From Lama guanicoe (lineage: Eukaryota), in contig MU053792.1 in the NCBI GenBank assembly GCA_013239625.1, forward strand, positions 1,196,112-1,260,111: a stretch of DNA of 64,000 bases, read 5' to 3'. The notes under the pieces were generated by a model. The model ran no database searches. It was not told the origin of the DNA and worked only from the letters and a program-made list of their open reading frames with translations. Below, piece by piece: positions 12,150 through 24,514 of this stretch. Within the stretch, counting starts at the first letter, position 1. Every line of letters starts with the position of its first letter. The position numbers and the translations under genes are program-made.

Positions 12150-15100
12150 CTGCAAGAAGAAAGAACTCGCGTATTCCGCTCCCCTCCCCTCTGCGGCTGC
12201 CTCCTGCCACTCAGGAGGTACGACATGTGGCGTGGTCCAATGAGGGCTCTCTCACAGGACCTACGCCAGTGGGCGATGGGCGGAGGCGGGACGCGCTCCG
12301 CTCTTATATCTCCAGTTCAGGCTGCTGGTGTGAACCAGTTTGGGAGCAAACGAAGGACGGAAGGCGGAGGCACTACGGCTCTCCGCTCTTATGTCCCAGT
12401 TCAGGCCGCTGGGGTGAGCCGGCCTGGGCGCGAACGAGGGACGGCTGGCGGAGGCGGGGCGGCTCTCTGCTCCTACGTATCCAGTTCAGGACGCTGAGGT
12501 GAGCCGGCGTTGGCGCGAACGAGGGACGGCGGGCGGAGGCGACACGTCTCTCCGCTCCTGCGTTCCTAGTTGAGGCCACTGGTGTGAGCCGGCCTGGGCG
12601 GGAACGAGGGACGGCAGGCGGAGACTGTACGGTTCTCCACTCCTGGTATCCACGTTCTGGTGAGCTGGTCTCTGCGCGCGCGGGGGAAGGCGGGCGGAGG
12701 CTGGACGGCTCTCCGCTCCTGCGTCTCCAGGCGGCTGAGGTGAGCCGGTCTGTGCGCGAGCGAGGGGCGGAGGCGGGAGGGATCTCCGCTCCTGCGTCTT
12801 CAGGCCGCTGCTGTGAGCCGACCTGGGCGCGAACGAGGGACGGCGGGCGGAGGCGGGAAGGCTCTCGGCTCCTGCGTCTCTAGTTGAGGCCGCTGGTGTG
12901 AGCCGGCCTGGGCGCGAACGAGGGACGGCGGGCGGAGACTGTACGGTTCTCCATTCCTGGTATCCACGTTCTGGTGAGCTGGTCTCTGCGCGCGCGAGGG
13001 ACGGCGGGCGGAGGTTGGACGGCTCTCCGCTCCTGCGTATCCAGGCCGCTGAGGTGAGCCGGTCTGTGCGCGAGCGAGGGACGGCGGGCGGAGGCGGCAC
13101 GGCTTTCCGCTCCTGTGTCTCCAGTTCAGGCCGCTTGAGTGAGCCGGCCTGGGCGCGAACCAGGGACGGCGGGCGGAGCCGGCACGGCTTTCCGCTCCTG
13201 CTTCTCCAACTCAGGCCGCTGGTGTGAGCCGGCCTGGCCGAGGTCGTGGTGGGGCCGGCGTGGGCGGGACGACTCCCGCTCCGGCGTCTGCATTTGGGGC
13301 CGCTGGTGTGAGTCGGCCTGGGCGCGAACGAGGGACGGCGGGTGGAGACTGGACGGCTCTCCACTCCTCCGTATCCACGTACTGGTGAGCCGGTCTGTGC
13401 GCGATCGAGGGAGGGCGGGCGGAGGCGGGACGGCTATCCGCTCCTGCGTCTCCAGTTTAGGCCGCTGGAGTGAGCCGGCCTGGGCGCGAACAAGGGACGG
13501 CGGGCGGAGGCGGCACGGCTCTCGGCTCCTGCGTCTCTAGTTGAGGCCGCTGGTGTGAGCCGGCCTGGGCGTGAACGAGGGACGGCGGGCGGAGACTGGA
13601 CGGTTCTCCACTCCTGGTATCCACGTTCTAGTGAGCTGGTCTGTGCGCGCGCGAGGGACGGCGGGCGGAGGTTGGACGGCTCTCCGCTCCTGCGTCTCCA
13701 GTTTAGGCCGCTGGAGTGAGCCGGCCTGGGCGCGAACGAGGGACGGCGGGTGGAGACTGGACGGCTCTCCACTCCTCCGTATCCACGTACTGGTGAGCCG
13801 GTCTGTGCGCGATCGAGGGAGGGCGGGCGGAGGCGGGACGGCTATCCGCTCCTGCGTCTCCAGTTTAGGCCGCTGGAGTGAGCCGGCCTGGGCGCGAACA
13901 AGGGACGGCGGGCGGAGGCGGCACGGCTCTCGGCTCCTGCGTCTCTAGTTGAGGCCGCTGGTGTGAGCCGGCCTGGGCGTGAACGAGGGACGGCGGGCGG
14001 AGACTGGACGGTTCTCCACTCCTGGTATCCACGTTCTAGTGAGCTGGTCTGTGCGCGCGCGAGGGACGGCGGGCGGAGGTTGGACGGCTCTCCGCTCCTG
14101 CGTATCCAGGCCGCTGAGGTGAGCCGGTCTGTGCGCGAGTGAGGGACGGCGGGCGGAGGCGGCACGGCTCTCCGCTCCTGCGTCTCCAGTTCAGGCCGCT
14201 GCTGTGAGCCGACCTGGGCGCGAACGAGGGACGGCGGGCGGAGCCTGCACGGCTTTCCGCTTCTGCGTCTCCATTTCAGGCCGCTGGAGTGAGCCGGCCT
14301 GGGCGCGAACCAGGGGCCGCGGGCGGGGCCGGCACGGCTTTCCGCTCCTGCTTCTCCAACTCAGGCCGCTGGTGTGAGCCGGCCTGGCCGAGGTCGTTGG
14401 GGGGGCCGGCGTGGGCGGGACGGCTCCCGCTCCGGCGTCTGCATTTGGGGCCGCTGGTGTGAGTCGGCCTGGGCGCGAACGAGGGACGGCGGGCGGAGAC
14501 TGTACGGTTCTCCACTCCTGGTATCCACGTTCTGGTGAGCTGGTCTGAGCGCGTGCGAGGGTAGGCGGGCGGAGGCTGCACGGCTCTCCGCTCCTGCGTC
14601 TCCAGGCCGCTGAGGTGATCCGTTCTGTGTGCGAGCGAGGGACGGCGGACGGAGGCGGGAGGGCTCTCCGCTCCGGCGTCTCCCGTGGAGGTCGCTGGTG
14701 TGAGGCGGCCTGGGCGCGAACCAGGGACCGCGGGCGGAAGCTGGACGGCTCTCCGCTTCTGCGAATGCAGTTGTGGCGGCTGAAGTGAGCCGGCCTGGGC
14801 TTGAACGAGGGACGGCGGGCGGAGACTGGACGGCTCTCCACTTCTCTGTATCCACGTTCTGGTGAGCCGGTCTGTGCGCGATCGAGGGATGGCGGGCGGA
14901 GGCTGGACGGCTATCCGCTCCTGCGTCTCCAGTTCAGGCCGCTGGGTGAGCCTTCGTGATCGCGTACGTGGACGTCGTTCGGTGCTGCCCGGGGGCCCTT
15001 GTCGCGCATCCCTACAGCAGTGCCAGGCGCGCTTTGCTGTCCCGTAGAGAGCGCCGGGCCCTGTCTGCGGAGGGCGCCCGAGAGGTGCTGTCTGTCGACC

Positions 15101-15330
15101 TCATTCGTTGCGTGTAAACCCCGCGCCTTGCTTTCAAAGGTCTGAGGTCTGCGCTGTGGAAGAGAAGGAATACTTGCCGCAGCTGATTTCAGCGAAAAAG
15201 CCTGGATCCATCGTTTGAGCAGCTCTGCGCCTTTTGGCTGAAGGTAGGACTGGCCCTCTGAGGTGGGCAGGCCGCTGGCCCCCTCTTAAGCGCGTCGTGG
15301 TTCGTGAAGCCACGGTGGGGAGGACCCCTG
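12150..15330 (+). promoter_or_regulatory. CpG island and candidate promoter spanning the array
   Basis: Very high CpG density, CCAAT at 12237 and a GGGCGG box in most monomers. CpG-rich unique sequence continues to about 15330, with a donor-like AAG|GTAGG at 15243. Confidence 0.6.
12278..14952. repeat. CpG-rich tandem array, about 33 monomers of 73-85 bp with higher-order structure
   Basis: Consensus is approximately gtgagccggcctgggcgcgaacgagggacggcgggcggaggcggcacggctctccgctcctgcgtctccagttcaggccgctggt. GTGAG-like anchors recur at 12414, 12499, 12584, 12660, 12740, 12813, 12898 ... 14862, 14946. Confidence 0.97.
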
Positions 15331-16399
15331 TCTCCTTGGCGTAAACTGTCCCTGAAGATGCTCCAGAGCCGAGGACAGAGCCCGATGTCTGAATGGCAGA
15401 TGCTGCCACCCTGCCCTCCACATCTGAAATTGGCAAGACCAAACCTGGTAGATGTAAGGGCAGTGGAGATGTGCCCTGTTAGGTTCACTGATGGAGGAAC
15501 CTAACAGTGACAGGGTTATTTTCACTCCGCAGAGGCAAGGGAGATCAGTTTGGAGTGAACCCTGATAAATGTAGTGTTTTAAGAGCTTCTTAGTTATAAA
15601 TCAGCATTTCTTTTCCTTTTCCTTCTTATTTTTCTGTCTCTTGTTTTTTTCTTCCTTCCTAGTGATTTTAATATCCGTTAGTTTAATTACAGTCTTTCGT
15701 ATGAAAAGTCTTGGGAGAAACCTAGATTAAAAGATGCAGGTTCATTTGTGAATAGGGAAATGGCTAAAGTGCTTATCAGTTTATTTGAAGTGTGGTGAAT
15801 GGGGGCCCTGGGAGATCTGGTTCCTGGGACCCTGGGAGATCTGGTTCCTGGGGTCGCTCTACAATTGATCAGCTGTTTGACCAAGTGTGCATTTTCTTTT
15901 GTGTACCTGTATTGTTAAAAGAAATTTCATTCCCCGGGGAACATGTCTGTTGCTTTCTTTTGAAAGGTTGTTTAAACACATACGAATAATCTCTCTTGAC
16001 ACTTGCTCTCCATTGTTTCCTCCAAGGTCCTGGTAACATTAGTCTGCACCAACTGCCTCACTTTCTCAGTTTCCGTTTCCGTGACCCTTCAGTCTGGCTT
16101 CTGTCCTCATCATTGCCCTGAAACCAGAGACTCGAGTGGGCATGTGTCCTAATGGCCAGGTCCAAGGCTGCCAAGCGCTCCACCTGGTTTTCCTCTTGTC
16201 TGTTTCTCACCAGCCCTCAGCATCCTGTCTCTCTCCTCCCCACCACAGCACACACACGCTGTCATTGTGATTCATTCAGGATCAAAGTCTGCCTGTGTCA
16301 CATCTTTTATAATATTCAGTTGGGCAGCTGTCTCTGACACCAGCAGAGGGGAGGGGCCCCACCTTGGTACGTCCAGGGGAGGTGAAAGTCCAGGCTACC

Positions 16400-17100
16400 C
16401 CAATGCGTGCCTTGACACTTCTCTTGGCAGGAGACAGGGAAGCACCTTTTTGCTGCTCCCCGTGTGGTCTTAGAGACCCCAGGAGGGGTGGGGAGGAAAG
16501 TTCCAGCAGGAGTGGCGCCTCCTCTGACACCAGCATGGCTTGGGAGAAGGATGCTTCGGTGCTGCTCCTGGGGGTGGACCTCCTGCATCTCCATGTGGCC
16601 TCCGTCATCACTGGGGTGGACGTTAAGCCCCTGTGCCCACTCAGCCCTCCTGACTGGAAAGGGTACCTCTGTGCAGCTGGGTGAGGTTGGAAGTTTGGGC
16701 TCCTCTAACCTGGCTTGACAGGGGTGAGCGAACATGAGACACTGTCTTTTGTTTTCAGTTTGGTTTTCTGTATTGTTTGGTTGGGGAAACATGCTCTTCT
16801 CTCAAAGTTGTCTGTCTTGCTAGGTGCCCTCTTTCTAGGCCTGTGGCGAGAGAGAGTAGACTTTTCTTGAGACTCCATTTTTGTCTGTTTCTATTGATGC
16901 TTCTGGGTAGCCAGCTTTTCCGGTACCCACGTTGGCATATAAGAAGCACAAGAAAAAAACAGGGAAACCACTGCCATGCCATTCCTGGGTCTCGTGGTTC
17001 CCAGCCAGCCTGCTTTCTTCTTTCCACCGTTCAAAAAGTCTTCTATGTTTATCTTATATATAGTATCCAGTCCCTCTTCTTTTGTGTGTGTTAATTTTTC
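16400..17100 (-). mobile_element. Ancient L1 5'-region fragment
   Basis: agaaaaaaacagggaaaccactgccatg...cccagccagcctgctttcttctttccacc resembles antisense old L1M 5' ends. Confidence 0.5.
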
Positions 17101-17643
17101 TTTATAAAATTTTCTTGTGAACACAGGTTAGGTCTTTTACATTAATATTTCATTAACTAATGTAAGAATGAGCATGACTAGGATAGATCCACCTGGGTAA
17201 TGGGCACAATAACTGATGACATTTCTTGGTTTCTCTTAAGTGTACAGTCTAGATTGAGGCTCTTTGTTTCCACAGTGGCTGTAGAAGAGAAGGGAGTTTT
17301 AGATGTACTTTCCAGAAACCCTTGGAAGTGACTACAGTGTCACCAGCTTTTCTTGTGCTCTTGTATGTTTGAACACATGACTTGTTCTATTTTTAAGAAA
17401 TTTAGCTTAATTGGAATTATATGTTGACACCAGTTGGTTTTTTTAAAGCTACAAACATTGTAAGACAATATATAAATAGATTGTATTATGATCCTTTTCT
17501 TACAGAAGTGGTGAATTTCAATAAAATAAGCTCACTATAAAATAATTTTTTAAAAAAATTATATAGAGTCTTGGTTAATAGCTGATCTTCCAACGAATAT
17601 TAGCAAATACCCACTCATGTTATATCACATTCCTTTTCTCAAG

Positions 17644-17945
17644 TGTGACCCGCACGACAGGCCAATAAATCGGGAGGCGAGGTGTTGGGGCAAGGAATAA
17701 TTACTTTATTCAGAAAGCTGGCAGACCAAGAGGATGGCATAGTAATGTCTTGGAGAACCATCCTCAAGTCAGAATACAGGCTCTTTTTATACTAAAAAGG
17801 GGAGGGGTGTGATTGGTTGTTGGAAACTTCTTGGTGCTTTACAAAAGGTGCAGAGCTGACAAGACTAAGCCTAGAAAGCAGGGCACAGGGTTAAAACTAA
17901 CAGAAAAGATTGAATGTGGAGTTAGATTTATTCTCCTCTGTTACA
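17644..17945 (-). mobile_element. Internally deleted solo ERV LTR (same family as 30126, 31289 and 63682)
   Basis: Shares gacaggccaataaat...ggggcaaggaataat.actttatt and aaaaggtgcag...caagactaagcctag with the other copies. Confidence 0.85.
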
Positions 17946-18689
17946 TGATGACAGTACTGATGAGGAAGGAGTGTCCAATCTGGAGTCCTCTTGGGTCTCT
18001 CCCTGGTGACTTCTGCACTCAAGGCTGCCTCTTTCTGAGCAGAGAGCCCTCTGTTGTCTCTAAAGAACACAAGGCCTCATGTGCCTTGAAATTGTTCATC
18101 AGAGGCATAACGAGAAATGGAGGGATACAGAGCCATTAGCCCCTTGAATTCACTAGGATGGATGTAAGTACCCATAGTTCATCAGCTACCCTGTCAACCT
18201 GAGGACACAGTGAAGGCCCTGGGGTAGCAGGAGTCACATCACCTTACATCTGGGTAGTAAGAACCTAATGAGAACCACTTGCCAGCAACAGCCCTAGATG
18301 TTGGATGCACAAACAGAACTCTACTGAGAAGAGCATGATGGATCCTCCAACTTCCTATAGGCAAAGGTCATGCTCCCAGTAGCTCAAAAATGTTACACCT
18401 CTTTACCATGTAATTTCCTATAATTGACAAGATTTTAAAACATGCATGGACAAAGGCCAAATCCTCATAGCAGTTGGTTAACAAGTGCTTTGAAAATTAA
18501 TTGGGAAATCTCACTGTCATCTAATACTTGATAAATTGTTACCTGTTCTGAGTAAAATCTATGGAGATTTAAAAGGAAGAAAAAAAATCAAGGGATTTCA
18601 AAATGTTAAGAAAGGATTTGGATGATTTCAAACACTAGTTTCCATGTGACCAGTGTTTCCCTGGGGGCAGGTGGAAGTTATTAAAATCT

Positions 18690-19328
18690 CTTGACTATTC
18701 CAACAGCTCCCTGGCTGGTTTCCACACTTGTCCTCCTCCTGTTTTCAATGTAGTAGCCATAGTGTAATTTTAAAAAATAAAGTCAGATTAAGTTACTTTC
18801 CTCCTCAAAACCCCATCACACTTTGGTGTCCTATCACACGATCTCAGATTCTTGCCACAGCCCGTATACGTCTACAAACAGGTAGTTCCCTTGCAAACTC
18901 ACCTGCAACATTCTTTCCTACTCACTGTGTTCCAGCCACATTTGCGGTGCCTTTAACACACCCAGAACACTCCACTCTCAGGGCATTTGCACCTGCTATT
19001 CTCTCTGCTTGGTAATCTCTTCCCCCAGATAAAGATGTGCTTACCCCCCCCTTACTTTTTAGGGTATTTACCCCAAATCAGCTTCTTAAAGAGAAAGATG
19101 CTGACCAATGGCCTTGTAAGAACACCCTGCAGTCATTCTATCCTCTGATTTTGCTTTATTTCTTTCAAAGCGCTATGACTACCTGATATTACATAATGTA
19201 TTTGCTTTGCTTAGTTGCTGTCTCCCTAAAATAGAATAAATGTTCTGTAAGCTCAAGAAATGTAGGTTTCCAGTGTAAGGAATAATGCCGTAATAGCCAC
19301 TCAACAAATATTTATTGAATAAGTGAAC
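18690..19328 (+). mobile_element. L2 3' fragment
   Basis: ctcagggcatttgcacctgct and the terminal cactcaacaaatatttattgaataagtgaa. Confidence 0.75.
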
Positions 19329-20715
19329 TTTATTTTAGACATTGTTATATATATTTATGTGATGGGATCTTGTTTGTTACTTGGCTTATAAATTTTCAGC
19401 CAGGTGTGCAGTGGGTAGACATTAAGAGCATAACACCTACACCCCATCAAATTAATTCTGAGTGTCAAAAGTGGCAAGCCCACTTGCAGACTGTTTTCTA
19501 GAATTCAAACCGTGCTGGTCTCTGTCATGAGATCAATAAAGAACTGAAAAAGTATTTTCACACACAGATTGTCCATTGAGAGAGAATCTAATTATGTCAT
19601 TTGTTAGAAAAGCATGCACCAGAGGCTGCATTTAATACTTAATGGTAGAATCCAAACCAGAGAATACTTGGGAAAGATCATTCATCTTGGACTTTAAAAT
19701 AAATCATTTAATATCTTTTAGTGGAATATTTCCTTCTTACTTACATTTTTCCTCAATTAATATAAACAAAATACATTTTTCCAACAACGTGATAGTGTAG
19801 ATAGAGCAAAGTCTTTGAAGATTTACAGATACCATATCGGGGCACCGACTCCAGCACTTATGGGTTGTATGTTTCCATTTTTAATTTCAGTCTCAGTTTT
19901 ATATCTGTCAGATGGTGGTTAACATACCCACATTGCAGTGTAGGTGGGAGGAGTTATTAAATTAATCTATAAAGGATGTCGCCTAGTACCTGGCACACGG
20001 CAGGTGCTAAACAATTTCCTTCCCCTTGGTTTTCACACCCCTCACCTTTCTCAGTGGTTAAATCAAAACCTTGTGGAGAAAGTACGGCCAGATTTACCCA
20101 GATTTTTTTCTTAAACTCTAGAATAATTACTGCATTTGTTGGAATGAAATGAGAGTTGTGTATACCTCAATAGATAGAATCCTTTGTTTTAATATTTGTA
20201 AGAAACTTGACAGGTTGACATCAATCTTTTTTTCCCTCCTCCATCCTTGCAAACACAGCACTTTCTGTGGCTTTGGAGCTGATGTTACAGAACGAGTTGA
20301 TATATTGGACACATTTCACCATAGCCAGACAAATATAATTTTGATGAACTTATCTTGGCTAGTCTGTCATCTCTGCTTACTGCTAGAACTTGAAATCCAA
20401 GCACATGCCATTCTATTGTAGGCTTCCAAGAGATTCAAGGGATTATATTTAATTACAGAGAACATAATTATCAGTGTTTTTGTTGTTGTCTTAGTCTGTT
20501 GATTTTATCAGATATCTTGGATCAATCGGTTCATCTACAAATTTGAACATATCAAAACTTGATCTTTGTTAATAAAATGAAATCTGTCTAATAAGTATGA
20601 AATCAGTTGTTTCCTTTCTTCTGCAAAACCAGTATCTGCTTATAGTGCATTAAAACTAAACTAGAATAGTTTGAATGTATATCAACAAAAAAACGCAGTA
20701 ACGATTCCTCTAGCC

Positions 20716-20766
20716 TGTGTATGTGTATATGTGTGTGTGTATGTGTGTGCATATACATACGTATAT
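20716..20766. repeat. (TG/TA)n microsatellite
   Basis: Directly visible. Confidence 0.85.
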
Positions 20767-20939
20767 TTGATTATCTGGTGACGTAAGACAAGAACAGGTA
20801 GTGAAGGGATTATTATTCTTATGCCCATTATAGAAATGAAAAAATCAAGGTTAAAAAATTCAACTAAATTATCCAAAGTTGTTACCCAGTGCAAACTCGT
20901 TCTGCACCCAGCAAAGGTGCCCTCAGGGCACAAGGGCAG

Positions 20940-22660
20940 CAGCAGTGGCTGCAAGGAGAAGAGGGCTGCCTTAGGTGAGCTGGTGGTTTTGCTTCCCCTG
21001 CCGGGTGGCCTGGCCTGTGGGTGGGCTCTGCAGTCCCAGGTCGTGAGACACACCTGTCCCACTCAGCCTGCTGGGGAGAGGGGCAGAGCGGTCAGGGTGG
21101 GGAGCTGCTGCCTCTGGGAGCTGGTCCATTTCTCCTCTCCCCCGTGGTCTCGCCTGGGGGCAGCCTTGGACTCCAGGTCAGCTTGCTCCTGGGAGACGGG
21201 CGCGGTGCAGTAAGGGCGGCTGCGGCGGTCTCTGCTCCAGGTGAGCCGATCAGTTTACTCCCCTCTTCAGCGAAGCCTGACCTGCGGGCGGCCTCTGATG
21301 CCTAATTCGCCAGGCCCGCCTCCAGGTCAGCGTGTCCCATCAAGGTAGGCCCGGTGCGGTGCGTTCAGGGTGCGGGGGTGGCGAGGCGGCGTCCGCGGCG
21401 GTAGGGGGCCTGCCGAGGTGGAGCGGGTCCATTTACTCCCATCTCTCCCGTGGCTTGGCCAGGGGAGCGCTCTATGTTGCCCCAGGTGCCATGACACACC
21501 TGTCCCTGCCTGCGTGATCCTGGGAGGCGGGCCGGGGCTTTTGGGGTGGCGGCAAGGAGAGTGGGGCTGCCCTGGCGAGCTGGTCCTATTTCTTCTGTCC
21601 TCCGTGGCGTGGCCTGTCCTGGGGACGGCGTCTGCCGCCCGTGATTCGCCTAAGTGTCCGACGCCAGGTCAGTTTTCTCCTGGGAGAAGAGCGTGGTGTA
21701 GTAAGGGCTGCGGAGGTGGGCGCCCCAGGGGAGCCGTTTGGTTTACTCCCCTGTCCCAGGAAGCCTGGCCTGGGGGCGTCCTCTGCTGCATATTTCGCCA
21801 GGGCTGTCTGCAGGTCAGCCTGTCCCAGCGAGGTGGGCTCGGTACGTTCAGGGTATGGAGTGGCTGTTAGTGTCCGCGGCGGTAGGGGACCTGCTGATTG
21901 GCAGCGGGTCCATTTGGTCCCATCTCTCCTGTGGCTTGGCCATGGGAGCCGTCTCTGTTTCCCCAGGTGCCATGACACATGTGTCACTGCCAGCCTGATC
22001 CGGGTAGTCGGGCTCGGTGCTTTTGGGGCTGTGGTGTTGGCGGCGGCAGGGCGAGTGGGGCTGCCTTGGCGAGGTGGTCCCATTTCTTCTTCTCTGCACC
22101 TTGGTGTGTCCTAAGGGCGGCCTTTCCTGCCCAAGATTCGCCTGACACTCTCCTCCTGGTCAGGTTGCTGCAGGGAGGCGGGTGAGGTGCGTTCAGTGGT
22201 CAGAGAGGGGAAGGGGCTGCCCCTGGCGAGCTGGTGGATTAGCTCCCATCTCCCTGGCAGCCTGGCCAGAGGGCGGCCTCTTCTGCCCCTCATTTGCTGG
22301 TTGCCCTTCTCCAGGTCTTACTGTGGGCAGTGGGGTGGTGGCGGGGGTATGGGAGCGTGCAGGGTGAGCTGGTGGATTAGCTCCTGTCTTCCCTGTGGCT
22401 TGGCCTGGGGGTGGCTTCTGTTGCCCCAGGTCAAAAGACAGATTCTCTGACAGCCTCACCACCAGACTCAGGGCACGTTGCCCTTAGGGGGCTGCCCCTG
22501 GCAGTCGTTCAGTTTGTTCCCATCTCCCCTGCAGCCTGGCACAGGGGCAACCTTTGCTGCCCCAAGTTCACAGGATGCCCAGTCTCCAGTTTACCTGCAT
22601 TTGGGAGGCCTGCGAGGTTTAGTCAGCCCAAGGTGTGGGCTCTCCCCAGGGGAGGGGCAG
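20940..22660. repeat. Degenerate GC/CpG-rich tandem repeat, about 4 units of 445-480 bp with internal subrepeats
   Basis: cccaggt...gacaca-like anchors at about 21036, 21481, 21962 and 22425. gggctgcc(c/t)tggcgag-like motifs at about 20962, 21564, 22058, 22214 and 22488. Confidence 0.8.
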
Positions 22661-24514
22661 AACTCTCTTGGTCTCTTTTGTCTTTATTCTTCAGCAAAGG
22701 GGTCAATGGAACCTGTTCATCACCTTGAGAAAGTGTAGCCTGTGTCGTGAAAGAGCTGCTGGACAGGGTGGTTTCTAGGTTGGTTTTCACATCAGCTGAT
22801 GCTCCAGGCAGGCAGGAAGGCTGTTACTCAGAGCTTCTTAGCCTGGACTAGGGGGATGTTCCCACCATCCTCACCGTGCTTTTTCTAAATGTGTTACTCC
22901 CCCTCTTTTTCCTAGGTGACATTTTAGGTTATTGGGTCACAGATTGCTGGCACACTCATCCCTGTTCTCAAACATCTTTTAAAGTTTGGTGAAGTGACAA
23001 GTAGTGGAAGAAGAGTTACTGATAAGGTAAGACCACTTAAATTTGCATTAAAGCCGCATTCTGTCCGTCTTTCTCAAATGATTTTTCTCTGATTCTAAAC
23101 CCACAGTCTAGTGAGTGTTGTCCTCCTGTGTAAGTCATTGATCTTCAAATCATATTTGTTGAGTGGGCGACAAGATTTGTTCATCAGGCTTATCCCTGAA
23201 AGGAGAAACTGAGGCTTTGAAGCAGAATTCCTTGTCTGATGTCACCCAGGCAGTCATAATAGGAGATAGATCTGATATAAAAGTCCCTCAGCTGCCTGAA
23301 CTGCAAAGCTTCTGGGATTACTGATCCCTGAAATGTAGGTGATTCTTGATAATAATTTGGAGGTTAGTTAACATGATCAGGTTTTTCCAGTCCTGTAAAT
23401 GGGTTCCGTGGCCTCAGCCCTGGTAGAACTTGGTCATAAGGGCCGTGTTGCAAGGAGTGGGTGGCAAGGCAGAGGTGTAAGAGCTGGAATCACTGAGATT
23501 CCACACTCGCCAAACACAGACTCTAGAGCCTAATTGTTGTCAGGTTCTGCTGTGGATTTGAGAGTGTGTTGAGACATGATTCTTGCCACTGCCTGGGTGG
23601 AAGTAACTTTTATATAAACCTGGAAAGGATGGTAATGAAAGTAGATGGGCTGTTACATTACTCAGTTTACCCAGGCTCACTCTTCCAGGCACTTGTGGGA
23701 CTAATGGAGAGTTGTGTTACTCACTCATTCACTGATTTATTACCCCTGAATTGATCTTTGTCCCACAGTTAATGAAACAAGGAATCAGGAACCTGAGTTT
23801 TGTCCCCTCTCCTATCACTGATTGTATCGATCAGTCGGGTGACCTGCGTATGCATTTGTGAAATGGTGTGGTACTTCTTGCCCTATGGGACTGCGCTGAT
23901 CAGTTTTGAGAATCAGGTGAGATACGTGAATAGGACAGTGCTTTGACAAACATGAGACCTCTTTATATTGTCACCTGGGAACTTCTCTCTCCATAGTTAG
24001 CTCTGTATTATTTTTGTTGTTGTATTTTATCCAGTGTTACTAAAAGTTTTACTTTAAAGGGATCCAAATTAGCTCTGTTCACTTGTTTCCAGATCTGAAA
24101 GCTTCAGTTTTAAGAGTATCTGTTTGATTTTTCTTAAAAATACATTCTAGTATATATCTCATGTGAAAATCTTTATCCTGTTAGCTATTTCCCCATCATT
24201 TTGTTATTTTCTTGAATGTATTAAAAGTAACTATTTTATAGCCTTTATTGTTAACTCTGATGCCTACATCACCTGTGGGTTTGGATCTATTGTCTAGTGT
24301 TTCTTATTCTCATAGTGTCAGTCATGTAGTCTTGACATGTTGCATGTCTAGAAATTCTTTATTACATGGCAGACATTGTGAGTGAAAAATCCATATGTTG
24401 TCTTCTGTGAGAGGTTTTCTACCTTCCTGTTAGGCAGATAGGGTGAGGGACTGATCATCTCAATCCAGTCAGGCGCTGAGGTGGGTCAGGACTGAGGTGC
24501 CTTTTTTCTTCAAA

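Noticed and set aside
12278..14952. CRISPR array
   Set aside because: Mammalian DNA. Whole monomers repeat and there are no unique spacers.
12069..15047. Long Arg/Pro/Gly-rich ORFs in the array as proteins
   Set aside because: By-products of a stop-poor GC repeat. Monomer lengths (73-85 bp) do not preserve frame.
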